64,000 nt of DNA from a candidate division CPR2 bacterium GW2011_GWC2_39_10 (GCA_000993275.1 LBVV01000007.1:57290-121289); one strand, 5' to 3'. Positions 19,764 through 29,548 are shown, counted from the first letter of the stretch. Notes: generated from the letters alone by a model not told the origin. Translations and numbers: made by a program.

Positions 19764-21494
19764 TTAATTATCGTCCGGCGGTATATTATAATACATTAAC
19801 AAATTTTCCAATACATCATGAAATACGGGTGCTGCGGACGATTCTGCCCACTCAACGTCTTTCGGATTGTCAATTTTTGTATAAATGACGAAGCGCGGGT
19901 TAGTGGCCGGAGCGAAGCCAACAAAAGAGCCAATGGTTTTATTAGGGTCGTAGCCACCCGGAACCGGAACCTGTGCAGTCCCTGTTTTTCCGGCCACTTT
20001 ATAACCCGAAACCTTTGCTTGTTTTCCGTGACCTTTTTCTATAGTATTAATCATCATTTTTGTAACTTCTTTCGCGGCTTCTTCGGATATTGCCCTTTTT
20101 ATTATTTCAGTTTCCTTTTTTTCTTCTTTAATTCCCTGGCGCATGAAACTTTCAATTATCTTAGGCCTTACCAAGTTTCCCCCATTGGCTATTACCGAAA
20201 CTGCCGATGACATTTGAAGCGGCGTAACGGCTATGCTTTGTCCGAAACTCATTGTGGCATACGTATGGTCGTTAACTTCATTTGGGCCATACACCTTCCC
20301 CCCGTCCTCGAAATCAAATTCTATGCCGGTTTTCATTCCGAATCCAAATGTTTTGGTTAAATAGTTGAAGAAATCTTCTTCGCCTAACTTGCCCTGGATA
20401 TAAGCGGTTCCTAAATTCAACGATTGCTCTAAAATATAGCTCATGGAAACCGTACCATGCTTTTTTCTATCCGCATTATAAATTTTATTTCCGCCAACTA
20501 CAATATATTGAGAATCATTAAACGTGTCTTCCGGCTTAATTTTTCCGGAATCAAGTCCGGCCGCCATGGTAATAACCTTAAAAACGGAACCGGGCTCATA
20601 CTGCCTTAAATTTAAGTTATCAAAAAACCTATAATCTTCAATTTCATAATAATTATTAAGATCTAGCTCGGGTTCGTTTAAAAAGTAGCTGGCCATGGCA
20701 ATAATACCGCCGGTATTTGGATCCATTACTAAAACGGAACCACTATCGGCACCATGTTTTTCGACAGAATTCTTTAGAATTTCTTCAGTTGTTGCTTGTA
20801 CGTTTTTATCAATCGTCAAAACCAAGGAATCGCCGTCAACCGGCTTTATCAAAACATTATTCCCTGTTGCGATTATTGTACCCATAGCATCTCTTTCTGC
20901 TTTAAGCTTTCCCGGCTTGCCCTTTAAAATACTATCAAATGCCTGCTCTACCCCATATTGGGCGGTACCTGTTTTATTAACGAATCCTATAACTTGAGCC
21001 ATTAACGCTTTTTCCGGCCAATACCTTGAGGGTCTGGGCGCTATCCTTAAACCATTCAAATTAATTTCTTTTATTTGAGCTTCTTCTTCCATGCTTAACC
21101 CTTCTTTAATCTTGACATATCTGGGCGACGAAGGATGGTTTAATTTGTCTAAAACTTCTTCTTTGGAAAGACCAATAATTGAGGATATTTTTTCTGACGC
21201 CTCTTCTTTGTTATCAACCATAACCGGGTCGGCAAAAAGCTCATCATTTATATTATTCATGGCTATTTTTGATTTTCCGCTATCAGCATAATTATCTTTT
21301 ACGTAAATTTCACCCCTTTTTGCGGGCAAGTCGGAGTTTTTGTAATATTGATCCTGGGCAACCGCAGTATAATAATCATGTTTTACAATCTGCAAATAAA
21401 AAAGACGGCCCATAATTACAAGGCTTAAAAAAATTGAAAAGATTATCAGGAAGGAGATTCTCTTTCTTATATTAAATGTTCTATAGCCTGCCAT
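19764..21494 (-). CDS. ftsI: Class B penicillin-binding protein (FtsI-like)
   Basis: TM, dimerisation domain, 'EPGSVFK', 'SLN', 'KTGTAQ'. Confidence 0.9.
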   Translation of the reverse strand: MAGYRTFNIRKRISFLIIFSIFLSLVIMGRLFYLQIVKHDYYTAVAQDQYYKNSDLPAKRGEIYVKDNYADSGKSKIAMNNINDELFADPVMVDNKEEASEKISSIIGLSKEEVLDKLNHPSSPRYVKIKEGLSMEEEAQIKEINLNGLRIAPRPSRYWPEKALMAQVIGFVNKTGTAQYGVEQAFDSILKGKPGKLKAERDAMGTIIATGNNVLIKPVDGDSLVLTIDKNVQATTEEILKNSVEKHGADSGSVLVMDPNTGGIIAMASYFLNEPELDLNNYYEIEDYRFFDNLNLRQYEPGSVFKVITMAAGLDSGKIKPEDTFNDSQYIVVGGNKIYNADRKKHGTVSMSYILEQSLNLGTAYIQGKLGEEDFFNYLTKTFGFGMKTGIEFDFEDGGKVYGPNEVNDHTYATMSFGQSIAVTPLQMSSAVSVIANGGNLVRPKIIESFMRQGIKEEKKETEIIKRAISEEAAKEVTKMMINTIEKGHGKQAKVSGYKVAGKTGTAQVPVPGGYDPNKTIGSFVGFAPATNPRFVIYTKIDNPKDVEWAESSAAPVFHDVLENLLMYYNIPPDDN

Positions 21495-21515
21495 TTTATT
21501 TATAATAGCACAAAC

Positions 21516-21845
21516 TTATTTTAAGGCCAAAGAAGACGTTGACGTTAAATAATTTATTTTCCTGACTTTTTCCAGTTCCTTATTGGCATTTTGCGACTTT
21601 TGAATTTCAGTTATCGATTGGAGTTTGGCAACTTCCGTTTCAAATTTTTCGGTTTCCGCCTCTATTTGTGCCTTCTTTTTTTCCAACTCATCGAAATCGT
21701 AATTTCTAACCAGTAGCCTGCTTGATTGCGACATATAAAGAAGGCTTAAAACAACCACAACTGAAATAGTTATGAAGCTTAAACTAATTGGCCCAACCAT
21801 AAAGGTTCTTTGATATTGTCTGTAAATTTTTGGATTTCTTTTCAT
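21516..21845 (-). CDS. ftsL: FtsL-like cell division protein
   Basis: Short cytoplasmic N-terminus, TM, coiled coil; directly upstream of ftsI. Confidence 0.65.
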   Translation of the reverse strand: MKRNPKIYRQYQRTFMVGPISLSFITISVVVVLSLLYMSQSSRLLVRNYDFDELEKKKAQIEAETEKFETEVAKLQSITEIQKSQNANKELEKVRKINYLTSTSSLALK

Positions 21846-21874
21846 TTTTTTATTTTTCTTTTTTATTTTTACTA

Positions 21875-22080
21875 TTGAGCCCCCAACTGGGGGGGCTCAA
21901 ACGGGACCTAACCACCCTCCGGCGTATGTCTCCTAGCATCTAGCAGTCAGATTGTTTTGTTTTTGTTTTTATTAGGTGGAAAGTTTTTTGCAAAGAGATG
22001 GATTTTATAAAATGAGGTGGATTTTATATTTTTTGAGGTGCAAAGATCTGTTCCTGGCTGCTAGATGTTAGACGACATAT
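21875..22080. promoter_or_regulatory. Structured mraZ-ftsL intercistronic element
   Basis: Long-range stem 21925-21950/22054-22079 enclosing four CCACCTC-like repeats, then GGAGGGTGGTTAGGTCCCG (minus), then perfect 10-bp hairpin 21875-21900. Confidence 0.65.
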
Positions 22081-22101
22081 TATTTTATTTAATTTTTAAG
22101 G

Positions 22102-22533
22102 TTAAATTCCTAAATTTCCTAATTGCTCAGCAATCTCGTTACTATCTTTCTCTGTTTCTTTCTTATAATTGCTCCACTTCTCTCCCGACCAAATTTCTAT
22201 ACGGCTGTAAAGACCCGCAACAACTACTTCTTTCTTAATTCCTGCATACTCTCTTAAATAGGCTGGTAGAATTACCCTTCCCTGCTTATCTATGTCAACT
22301 TCCATTGCACCCGCCAACATCAGCCTTGAAAAGGCTCTTGCCCCGGACTGGCTAACCGGAAGATCACTTATCTTTTCCGCCATTTTTTGCCACTCTTCTT
22401 TAGTGTAAAGAAACAGACAGCTATCCAAACCCCTTGTTACTACCGCACCTTCGGATAATTTCGATCGAAATTTAGAAGGAACTGCTAGCCTGCCCTTGTC
22501 ATCAATATTATGCTGAAATTCTCCTATGAACAT
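22102..22533 (-). CDS. mraZ: Transcriptional regulator MraZ
   Basis: 'MFIGEFQHNIDDKGRLAVP', 'DKQGRVILP'. Confidence 0.97.
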   Translation of the reverse strand: MFIGEFQHNIDDKGRLAVPSKFRSKLSEGAVVTRGLDSCLFLYTKEEWQKMAEKISDLPVSQSGARAFSRLMLAGAMEVDIDKQGRVILPAYLREYAGIKKEVVVAGLYSRIEIWSGEKWSNYKKETEKDSNEIAEQLGNLGI

Positions 22534-22557
22534 TTATCCCCTTTTTGGTGGCATTAT

Positions 22558-22633
22558 CCACTTTTTTCCTACCACTTATCCCCACTTTCAACCACATGAA
22601 TCCATTATATACCACTTAGTTACCACCGGTCAA
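22558..22633 (-). promoter_or_regulatory. mraZ promoter with periodic GTGG (MraZ-box-like) repeats
   Basis: TTGACC-18-TATAAT; CCAC on plus at 22558, 22572, 22582, 22592, (22602 CCAT), 22612, 22623. Confidence 0.85.
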
Positions 22634-22651
22634 CACTTTCTCACATATTTT

Positions 22652-22679
22652 AAAAAAGCCTCCCGCAAAAGGAGGCTTT
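22652..22679 (-). terminator. Intrinsic terminator upstream of mraZ promoter
   Basis: aagcctcc/ggaggctt stem with T-run on minus strand. Confidence 0.75.
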
Positions 22680-22700
22680 GATAAAAAATTGTAACTATTT

Positions 22701-22863
22701 ACTGGACCTACGCAAACCTACCACACCTCCCAAACCACCCCAAGTGGCTGAAATCCCTTTTTCTTCTGTCTGAGTATCTACGAATACGCTTCCAGTAGAG
22801 AAAAGAGGTTTTATCTCACCTTGTTTCGGCTTGGATAGATGCGTCATTTTGCGTAAGCCCGGT
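22701..22863 (-). mobile_element. 163-bp MITE-like palindromic repeat, copy 1
   Basis: Reverse-complement match to 41963-42125; imperfect 16-bp terminal inverted repeats. Confidence 0.8.
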
Positions 22864-23211
22864 TTAAAAATCGTAAATATCTCGCCCTGAAAGTTCGTTA
22901 AATAATTCTTCCTCTATCTTCCCAATTTCATTCAAATAAGCAAGATCGGCCAAGAAGTCTCGGTGGACTCTTTCGAAAGCTTCGCTATTCTCTTCTTTCA
23001 ATACCGACAGAGCCTTAAAATTATCGGACACCCAGCCTTCTATTTCAAAGTCAGACATTAACTGGCCTTCCGTTTTGCCTTGATATTGCAGAAGGCAATC
23101 GGGCGGTTCTTCTTTCCAAATCTCATAATCCTCTAGGGTCCAAGCAAGATACGCTTTTCCGGCCGGGTTAGCCATATTCCATTTTTTTTGTTTGTCGTTT
23201 TTTTCTTTCAT
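22864..23211 (-). CDS. Hypothetical acidic protein
   Basis: 115-aa ORF following recO in same orientation. Confidence 0.7.
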   Translation of the reverse strand: MKEKNDKQKKWNMANPAGKAYLAWTLEDYEIWKEEPPDCLLQYQGKTEGQLMSDFEIEGWVSDNFKALSVLKEENSEAFERVHRDFLADLAYLNEIGKIEEELFNELSGRDIYDF

Positions 23212-23222
23212 GGTTGCCTTTT

Positions 23223-23960
23223 TTAGCTTAAGTTAACGATAAATTTTTCGGTTTTAATCGGATAATGTGAAATCATTTTTAGATATTCTATATTAAATGA
23301 TCTAATTTCTTCAAGCATTTTTTCTTTTTCTTTAACTTTTGAGGCAACCGATAAATCAAATCCGCTTATTATTCTCATATATTTTATCGCCGGAATAGAA
23401 ATGGCCTGATATCTCAAACCTTTTCTTATACAATCGGGGCATATCGTGCCGCCAAAATCACAAGATAAGCCGCTGTTGTCAGATTCTACAATGTCCTTAT
23501 GGCAACTAACACAACTGTCCGTTACCGGCCCAAAACCCAAAATTTTGAATATATTCAATTCGAAATATACGGCCGCTAATTTCTCGTCATGCTCTAAAAA
23601 GTCTAATGCATCGTTATATAAATTGTATATTTTCAGATTCTTTTCCCTTTCCGGAAGCAACTTGTCAATAATTTCTGAAAAATAATATGCATAAGCCATT
23701 TTCTTTAAATCACCCCTTAAATGCAGCCTCCTTTTTTTAACCTGGCTACCGCATATTGTATCTAAAGTTTTTCCTTCAGCTAACATATATTCGTTTAAAT
23801 AAAAAGGTTCCAGACTACCTCCAAGCTTACTCCTAATTTTTCTTGACCCCTTAGCAATTACTGCAACCTTGCCTTTTTCTTTGGTAAAAAGCTTAATTAA
23901 AAGATCCGCTTCCTTATAAGATGTCCTTCTTATAACCACTCCTTGGGTCTTGTAAGTCAT
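23223..23960 (-). CDS. recO: DNA repair protein RecO
   Basis: N-terminal OB fold 'YKEADL...GKVAVIAKG', CxxC...CxxC zinc motif. Confidence 0.93.
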   Translation of the reverse strand: MTYKTQGVVIRRTSYKEADLLIKLFTKEKGKVAVIAKGSRKIRSKLGGSLEPFYLNEYMLAEGKTLDTICGSQVKKRRLHLRGDLKKMAYAYYFSEIIDKLLPEREKNLKIYNLYNDALDFLEHDEKLAAVYFELNIFKILGFGPVTDSCVSCHKDIVESDNSGLSCDFGGTICPDCIRKGLRYQAISIPAIKYMRIISGFDLSVASKVKEKEKMLEEIRSFNIEYLKMISHYPIKTEKFIVNLS

Positions 23961-24341
23961 CTAGGACAAAACCTGCCTGATTCTTTCAACTATTTCATCG
24001 GGGGTATGTCTGGACTTAATAAGATAATCCCTAACGCCTAACGCATAAGACAGCTCTTTATTCATATCAATTTTAGATTCCCCCAAATTTGTAAGCATGA
24101 TTACCGGAATTTGCCTGTACTTTGGCTCCTGTTTCATCTCCTTTAGGGCTTCGAAGCCGTTAACGTCGGGCATTAAGATATCAAGCATTATCAGATCGGG
24201 TACGAAACCCTCTTTAAGCTTTTGAAGCGCTTCTTTCCCCGAATGTGCAACTGTTACTTCAAACCCTTCCATTTCAAATTTGGTTTGATACATTTCTACC
24301 AATATTGCATCATCTTCAACTATGAATATTTTCTGAGACAT
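23961..24341 (-). CDS. Stand-alone response regulator receiver
   Basis: 'IVEDD', 'LDILMP...GFE', 'MLTN', 'YLIK'. Confidence 0.92.
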   Translation of the reverse strand: MSQKIFIVEDDAILVEMYQTKFEMEGFEVTVAHSGKEALQKLKEGFVPDLIMLDILMPDVNGFEALKEMKQEPKYRQIPVIMLTNLGESKIDMNKELSYALGVRDYLIKSRHTPDEIVERIRQVLS

Positions 24342-24354
24342 TTTTTTCTCCTTA

Positions 24355-25929
24355 TTATTTACTCTTTAATAATGTAAAGATAAAGGTTGTGCCCTTTCCA
24401 ATTTCGCTTTCAACCGATATTTTTCCGCCTTGGGCTTCTACTAAATTTTTTGTTATATAAAGACCCAATCCGGATCCCCCCGCTTTTACGCTTAATTCAT
24501 TCTGAATTCGAACAAATTTTTTGAACAATTTTCCCCGATCGAAATCAGAAATGCCCACCCCGCTATCTTTTATTTGTATTTTAACAAAGTCATTTTCCGC
24601 GCTAACAATAACATCGACATTCGAACCGTTATGGCTATACTTAATGGCATTGTCAATTAGGTTAAATAAAATCTGCCGCAACCTATCTGAATCGGCTAAA
24701 ACTTTAGGGATGTTTTTTGGGATTATTTGGCTTATGCATATCTGCCTCGAGAGACCTTTTAGCGTTAGCTCATCAATAACTTCAATTAAAATCTTTGGCA
24801 GATCCAGTGAAACGATATTTAAAACCAGCCTATGTGTTTCCAATCTGTTAATCACTAACAAATCCTCCGCCAAATTAACCATTCTTTCGGTGCTAAGATA
24901 AATTCGATTTAGAAAGTGCAATTGTTTCGGCTCTAACGGTCCTGCATCCCCTTTTATCATCATCGACAAATAACCATTCGCCGCCGTAAGCGGAGTTCGA
25001 AGCTCATGAGAAACGATAGAAATGAATTCATTCTTTATCTGCTCAAGTTCTTTTTCTTTGGTTATGTCTCTAACGGTAATTATAATTAAACCTTTATGGG
25101 GAATGTTGGGATCTGTAACCGCGGATGCCGTCAGCGCCGCCCAAAAATGTTCTCCGTTGCTCCTTCTAAGTAAACCTTCGCTTTCATCGCCCTTTCTTTC
25201 CAGAGATTTTGTTATTAAACAATCGCTTTTTTTATCCGACTCATGAGTCCCCATAAATTTATGGATATCTTTTCCAATCACTTCCGCTTCTTTAAACCCA
25301 ATAATTCTCTCCAAAGCAGCATTGACTCCCAAAACTAAATGGTTATTATTTGAAATTACGGCTACTCCGTCTGCCGTATGGTCAAAAACGGCCTCCCATT
25401 TACGTCTTTCGGTTTCTGCCTTCCTTTTTTCATTTTCTAACTCCGTAATATCCCTATAGCAAGCTAAGACACCGACTACTTCATTATTATCAACTATTGG
25501 AGAAATTAGCACATGCAAAACCACTTCCCCGCCCTTGTTATCGATAGCTCTTATATTATAATCGATCTCTTTTTTACTAAGATTTACTATTTCATCAAAA
25601 GAAAGAGGCGCATCTTTTTCAAAAATAATTTTTTTATCAAAGAATTGACCCATGTTTTTTATATCCCTTTTTGCGCCGATGAAACAATCTTTTATGCCCA
25701 ACATTTTTTTTATGGAGTCATTACAGCTTAAAACCGTTCCCTTCGTATCAAAAACAATCAAGCCGTCTTGCATTGAGTTTTGGATAAGCCTTAAATCATT
25801 CCTTTCCTTTATGGATTGATTAAGCAATATTTGCAATTTATCAGCTTGACTTTCTTGTGAAACGTTAAGTTTATTTGTCACGCGAATAATTTTGCCGGTT
25901 TTTCTTTTTGTAATATCAAATTTAAGCAT
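24355..25929 (-). CDS. Cytoplasmic PAS-PAS sensor histidine kinase
   Basis: Two PAS domains, 'SHELRTPL', 'NLIDNAIKY', 'DSGVG', 'GSGLGL'. Confidence 0.93.
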   Translation of the reverse strand: MLKFDITKRKTGKIIRVTNKLNVSQESQADKLQILLNQSIKERNDLRLIQNSMQDGLIVFDTKGTVLSCNDSIKKMLGIKDCFIGAKRDIKNMGQFFDKKIIFEKDAPLSFDEIVNLSKKEIDYNIRAIDNKGGEVVLHVLISPIVDNNEVVGVLACYRDITELENEKRKAETERRKWEAVFDHTADGVAVISNNNHLVLGVNAALERIIGFKEAEVIGKDIHKFMGTHESDKKSDCLITKSLERKGDESEGLLRRSNGEHFWAALTASAVTDPNIPHKGLIIITVRDITKEKELEQIKNEFISIVSHELRTPLTAANGYLSMMIKGDAGPLEPKQLHFLNRIYLSTERMVNLAEDLLVINRLETHRLVLNIVSLDLPKILIEVIDELTLKGLSRQICISQIIPKNIPKVLADSDRLRQILFNLIDNAIKYSHNGSNVDVIVSAENDFVKIQIKDSGVGISDFDRGKLFKKFVRIQNELSVKAGGSGLGLYITKNLVEAQGGKISVESEIGKGTTFIFTLLKSK

Positions 25930-26040
25930 GCCTATAATTTACCTTAAAATAACGCTTTTTTCAATCATAAGCGCTTTACTGGACTATAAATTCTGAGAAA
26001 CTTTAGATGTTTTTTATTTTTTTTAGCGTAAAATATAAAT

Positions 26041-26697
26041 ATGTTTCCATTAAAAGACAACATTCCCTCGAAAACCTTTCCTTTTATCACCTATTTAATT
26101 GTCTTTTTAAACGTCTTGCTCTTCATTCACGAATTAACTCTTGCTGCCGGTCTTGATGCGTTAATCGGGCAATATGCTTTAACTCCGGCAAATATTAATT
26201 TTAATAATTTTGATACTCTGTACCCGTTTGTAACAAGCGCTTTTTTGCACGGCGGCTGGCTGCACATACTGGGAAATATGTGGTTTTTAATCGTTTTTGG
26301 GGATAATGTTGAAGATAAATTCGGACATATTAAATTTTTATTATTTTATTTGGCTGCTGCCTTTGTCGCCGCATTTGCCCAATATGCCGCCGGTCCCACA
26401 TCTGCCACCCCTATTATTGGAGCTTCCGGCGCAGTTGCCGGAGTTTTGGGCAGTTACATCCTTTTATTTCCAAGGTCGAAAATACTAACCTTGGTATTTA
26501 TCATCATATTTGTCACCCTGCTCGAAATCCCCGCCTATCTTGTACTTGGTTTTTGGTTTATTTTACAACTTTTAAACGGGATTTACTCTCTTGATACAAC
26601 CATAACCGGAAGCCTTATTGCCTACTGGGCTCACATAGCCGGCTTTTTGTTCGGACTCGTAATTTCTGTTTATTACAAAGCAATATCCAAAAACTGA
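26041..26697 (+). CDS. Rhomboid family intramembrane serine protease
   Basis: 'FLHGGWLHILGNM', 'GASG', 'AHIAGF'. Confidence 0.94.
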   Translation: MFPLKDNIPSKTFPFITYLIVFLNVLLFIHELTLAAGLDALIGQYALTPANINFNNFDTLYPFVTSAFLHGGWLHILGNMWFLIVFGDNVEDKFGHIKFLLFYLAAAFVAAFAQYAAGPTSATPIIGASGAVAGVLGSYILLFPRSKILTLVFIIIFVTLLEIPAYLVLGFWFILQLLNGIYSLDTTITGSLIAYWAHIAGFLFGLVISVYYKAISKN

Positions 26698-26784
26698 CTT
26701 AACTTTTTGTAGAATCATCCAATAAATACTTGCTTCCATTTACTTATAATGCTTCCAGATGTAAACGGGAGCTAATTTGCTATC

Positions 26785-27507
26785 ATGACCCCAAAATCAT
26801 TTAAACTATTTAAAATTCTTGGAATAAGCATTGAGCTGGATGCTTCCTGGTTTATAATTTTCTTTTTTGTTGTCTGGACCCTATCAACCAGCCTTTACAA
26901 ACTGAATCTTCCCGGCGTTACTTTAAACATAAATATTATTCTTTCTATTGTTACAGCAATTTTATTTTTTTCTTCAGTCATCTTTCACGAATTGGCCCAC
27001 TCGGTAATTGCCATAAAAGAGGGCTTAAATGTAAAAAAAATTATACTTTTCGTCTTTGGCGGTGCCGCCTTAATTGATGACGAACCCAAAACACCGGGTG
27101 CTGAGTTTAGAATATCTGTCCTTGGACCAGCCTCCAGCCTTTTTTTGGCTTTATTTTTTTTCATATTCAGCCAAATGTTTGAGAATTATCAATACCTGTA
27201 TATCCCCGGACTTTTTTTATTTAACATTAATTTAATTCTTGCTTTCTTCAATTTAATTCCGGGCTTTCCTATGGACGGCGGAAGGATATTTAGATCATTT
27301 GTCTGGTATATTTCCGGCAACTATTTAAAAAGCACAAAAATTGCGGTAACTTTTGGTAAAATTATTGCCTTAAATTTTGCTTTATTCGGTTTATATTCTA
27401 TCCTCACTACCGATCTATCGGGACTATGGCTTATATTAATTGGGCTATTTTTATATCAAGCCGCCGATAGCTCCTTAAAACAAGCTCAAATAAAATTAGG
27501 CTATTGA
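26785..27507 (+). CDS. Site-2 protease (peptidase M50)
   Basis: 'HELAH', 'FNLIPGFPMDGG'. Confidence 0.93.
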   Translation: MTPKSFKLFKILGISIELDASWFIIFFFVVWTLSTSLYKLNLPGVTLNINIILSIVTAILFFSSVIFHELAHSVIAIKEGLNVKKIILFVFGGAALIDDEPKTPGAEFRISVLGPASSLFLALFFFIFSQMFENYQYLYIPGLFLFNINLILAFFNLIPGFPMDGGRIFRSFVWYISGNYLKSTKIAVTFGKIIALNFALFGLYSILTTDLSGLWLILIGLFLYQAADSSLKQAQIKLGY

Positions 27508-27538
27508 AATAAAACAATAATAAAACTATAATTTAATC

Positions 27539-27940
27539 ATGGCTTCCGTATTAATAATTGAAGATGATAATTCTTTGGCCAGATTATATAAGACCAAGTT
27601 TGAAGTGGAAAAATTTAAGGTCCAAATTGCTAGTGATGGTCCGTCCGGACTAAGGATAGCCAAAGAAATTAAACCGGATATTATACTTCTAGATGTAATG
27701 CTTCCTTTAATGAATGGATTTGAGGTACTAAGAAAACTACGAAAAAATAAAGAAACCAAAGAGATTCCCGTTATTATCCTGACAAATTATGGAGATATGG
27801 ATAATATTACGGAAGGATTTTTGAGGGGTGCAACCGAATTTATGGTTAAAGTTGAGCATACGCCCGAAGAAGTAGTTGAAACCGTCCGAGAGGTGTTAGA
27901 ATCAAAAGGCAGCATTATAAGCCGAGCATTCGAATCGTAA
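27539..27940 (+). CDS. Stand-alone response regulator receiver
   Basis: 'IIEDD', 'LLDVMLP', 'ILTN'. Confidence 0.92.
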   Translation: MASVLIIEDDNSLARLYKTKFEVEKFKVQIASDGPSGLRIAKEIKPDIILLDVMLPLMNGFEVLRKLRKNKETKEIPVIILTNYGDMDNITEGFLRGATEFMVKVEHTPEEVVETVREVLESKGSIISRAFES

Positions 27941-27951
27941 AAAATTTCTTT

Positions 27952-28545
27952 TTAAAATAAATCCTTAATCCAAGGCTTTTCTTTTTTCAGCACCGTGTCA
28001 TCGCCGTGACCCGGCATAACTTTTGTCTCATCGTCAAGTTTGCTCAACTTTTTTAGAGATTTTAACATGTCCTCTGAATTTGAATATGGCAAATCAACCC
28101 TGCCGTAAGTCCCTTTAAATAAAGTGTCTCCTGAAAATAAATAACCATCCAATAAAAAACAAACCGACCCCTTGGTATGACCCGGCGTTTTTATTACTTC
28201 AAGGCCTTCAATGATGTCGGGCAGATCATGGTAGATAAAATCCGGCGTTGGCGGATTATCAATCCCCTGACCTATATAGCCTGCAAAAAAATTGGCGTCC
28301 CTGTATTCGTCTAAAGCCTCTTGTTGCAAGTAGATTATTATCGAACTATTATTTTCTTTTATCTTTTTTAGCCCGCCTATATGATCAAAATGACCATGGG
28401 TAAGCAAGACATAGTCTATTTTGCCGCTTATTTTTAAGATTTTCTCCGCATCTTCACCCGGATCAATAACAAGCGTTTTATTATTTTTATTGATAATATA
28501 GCAATTGGTCTTTATAGGACCGACTTTTATTGTTTTTAATTCCAT
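27952..28545 (-). CDS. MBL-fold metallo-hydrolase (glyoxalase II-like)
   Basis: 'THGHFDHIGG', 'TPGHT', 'SGDTLF', 'PGHG'. Confidence 0.92.
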   Translation of the reverse strand: MELKTIKVGPIKTNCYIINKNNKTLVIDPGEDAEKILKISGKIDYVLLTHGHFDHIGGLKKIKENNSSIIIYLQQEALDEYRDANFFAGYIGQGIDNPPTPDFIYHDLPDIIEGLEVIKTPGHTKGSVCFLLDGYLFSGDTLFKGTYGRVDLPYSNSEDMLKSLKKLSKLDDETKVMPGHGDDTVLKKEKPWIKDLF

Positions 28546-28551
28546 GGTGTT

Positions 28552-28932
28552 TTATTTATAAAAAAATATTGAGAAAATTGCATAACAAAGACCAGGCAAG
28601 CCAATCAGTAAAAAAAATAAGAAGAAACTTTTTTTTGTTAAATAGGCCAAAATATGACTGATTGACACCCAAATGCTTAAGACAATTAAGGTAAGAAGTA
28701 TATTGAAAACGGGAGGTTGAAATTTGGACATATTGGCAATTATGATCCCCATTGCTAGAACGTTAAAAATAATAGGCAAACCATAATTAAAGCACTTATA
28801 CAGTAAGTCCTTCTTCTCTATTTCACCAAAATTAATATCTTTGGTAAATTCACCCGTTTCAATAAGCTCTGCACTTTTGCCGTAAAGCTGCTGTTCTCTT
28901 TTTTCTTCTAAACTCTGTAATTCTTCATCCAT
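28552..28932 (-). CDS. Hypothetical membrane protein (3 TM)
   Basis: Likely start ATG 28932; three hydrophobic segments. Confidence 0.6.
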   Translation of the reverse strand: MDEELQSLEEKREQQLYGKSAELIETGEFTKDINFGEIEKKDLLYKCFNYGLPIIFNVLAMGIIIANMSKFQPPVFNILLTLIVLSIWVSISHILAYLTKKSFFLFFLLIGLPGLCYAIFSIFFYK

Positions 28933-28979
28933 GGATTTATAATAAACCCACCAAAACATTTTGTCCAGTATGGCAAAAT

Positions 28980-29008
28980 TTGACAAAGCGCTAATGATGT
29001 TATATAAT
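28980..29008 (+). promoter_or_regulatory. Consensus sigma70 promoter
   Basis: TTGACA-17-TATAAT upstream of ORF 29054. Confidence 0.8.
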
Positions 29009-29053
29009 AAGCAGGCGTTTAGGTCTTTTACAACCTGAAGGGGTGATGAACCG

Positions 29054-29443
29054 TTGCCAGGCGAAGGAAAACGAGACACTGTAGTCGAGATATCAGTAAA
29101 TATTCTGGGATTTTCTACCAGAATAGTGACATCCGAGAAAACAGCGAATATGATGGTGAATAACTGCTTTGATAGCTGCGTAAAGGGGGCCTTGCGTCAA
29201 GCCAGGGAAAAAATGAAGAAAGAAAATCCCAATAGGGATATTCCTTTCCTAACCCTCTGGAACGACGATCAAAGAAATCTCAAAAAAAATGTAGAGGTTA
29301 GAATAATTGGAAAGGCAAAACGGACTACAAACAAAGAACAAACACCGGAGATAGAAGAATTGCTAGTTGATGCAAAATGCGAGCAAATAAAGCTGTTTGA
29401 TGACACACTTTTTACTACCCTGCGTATTAAAAACAGTTATTAA
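29054..29443 (+). CDS. Hypothetical protein
   Basis: 129-aa ORF, TTG start with AGGGGTG SD and consensus promoter. Confidence 0.6.
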   Translation: MPGEGKRDTVVEISVNILGFSTRIVTSEKTANMMVNNCFDSCVKGALRQAREKMKKENPNRDIPFLTLWNDDQRNLKKNVEVRIIGKAKRTTNKEQTPEIEELLVDAKCEQIKLFDDTLFTTLRIKNSY

Positions 29444-29512
29444 TCTCTTGACTTGGGTTTTAGAAATGCTAATAAAATAGCTTACTAATTTTCTAAAACC
29501 CATTTTTTTATC

Positions 29513-29542
29513 TTGACAATAGAACGTCCGTTCTATTATTAT
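29513..29542 (+). promoter_or_regulatory. Promoter with SOS-box-like palindrome (GAAC-N4-GTTC)
   Basis: TTGACA 29513; aatagaac-gtcc-gttctatt 29518-29537; TATTAT 29537-29542. Confidence 0.8.
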
Positions 29543-29548
29543 TGGGTT

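Noticed and set aside
21970-22040. Short repeats considered as a CRISPR array
   Set aside because: Repeats of ~7-14 nt, AT-only spacers, no cas genes
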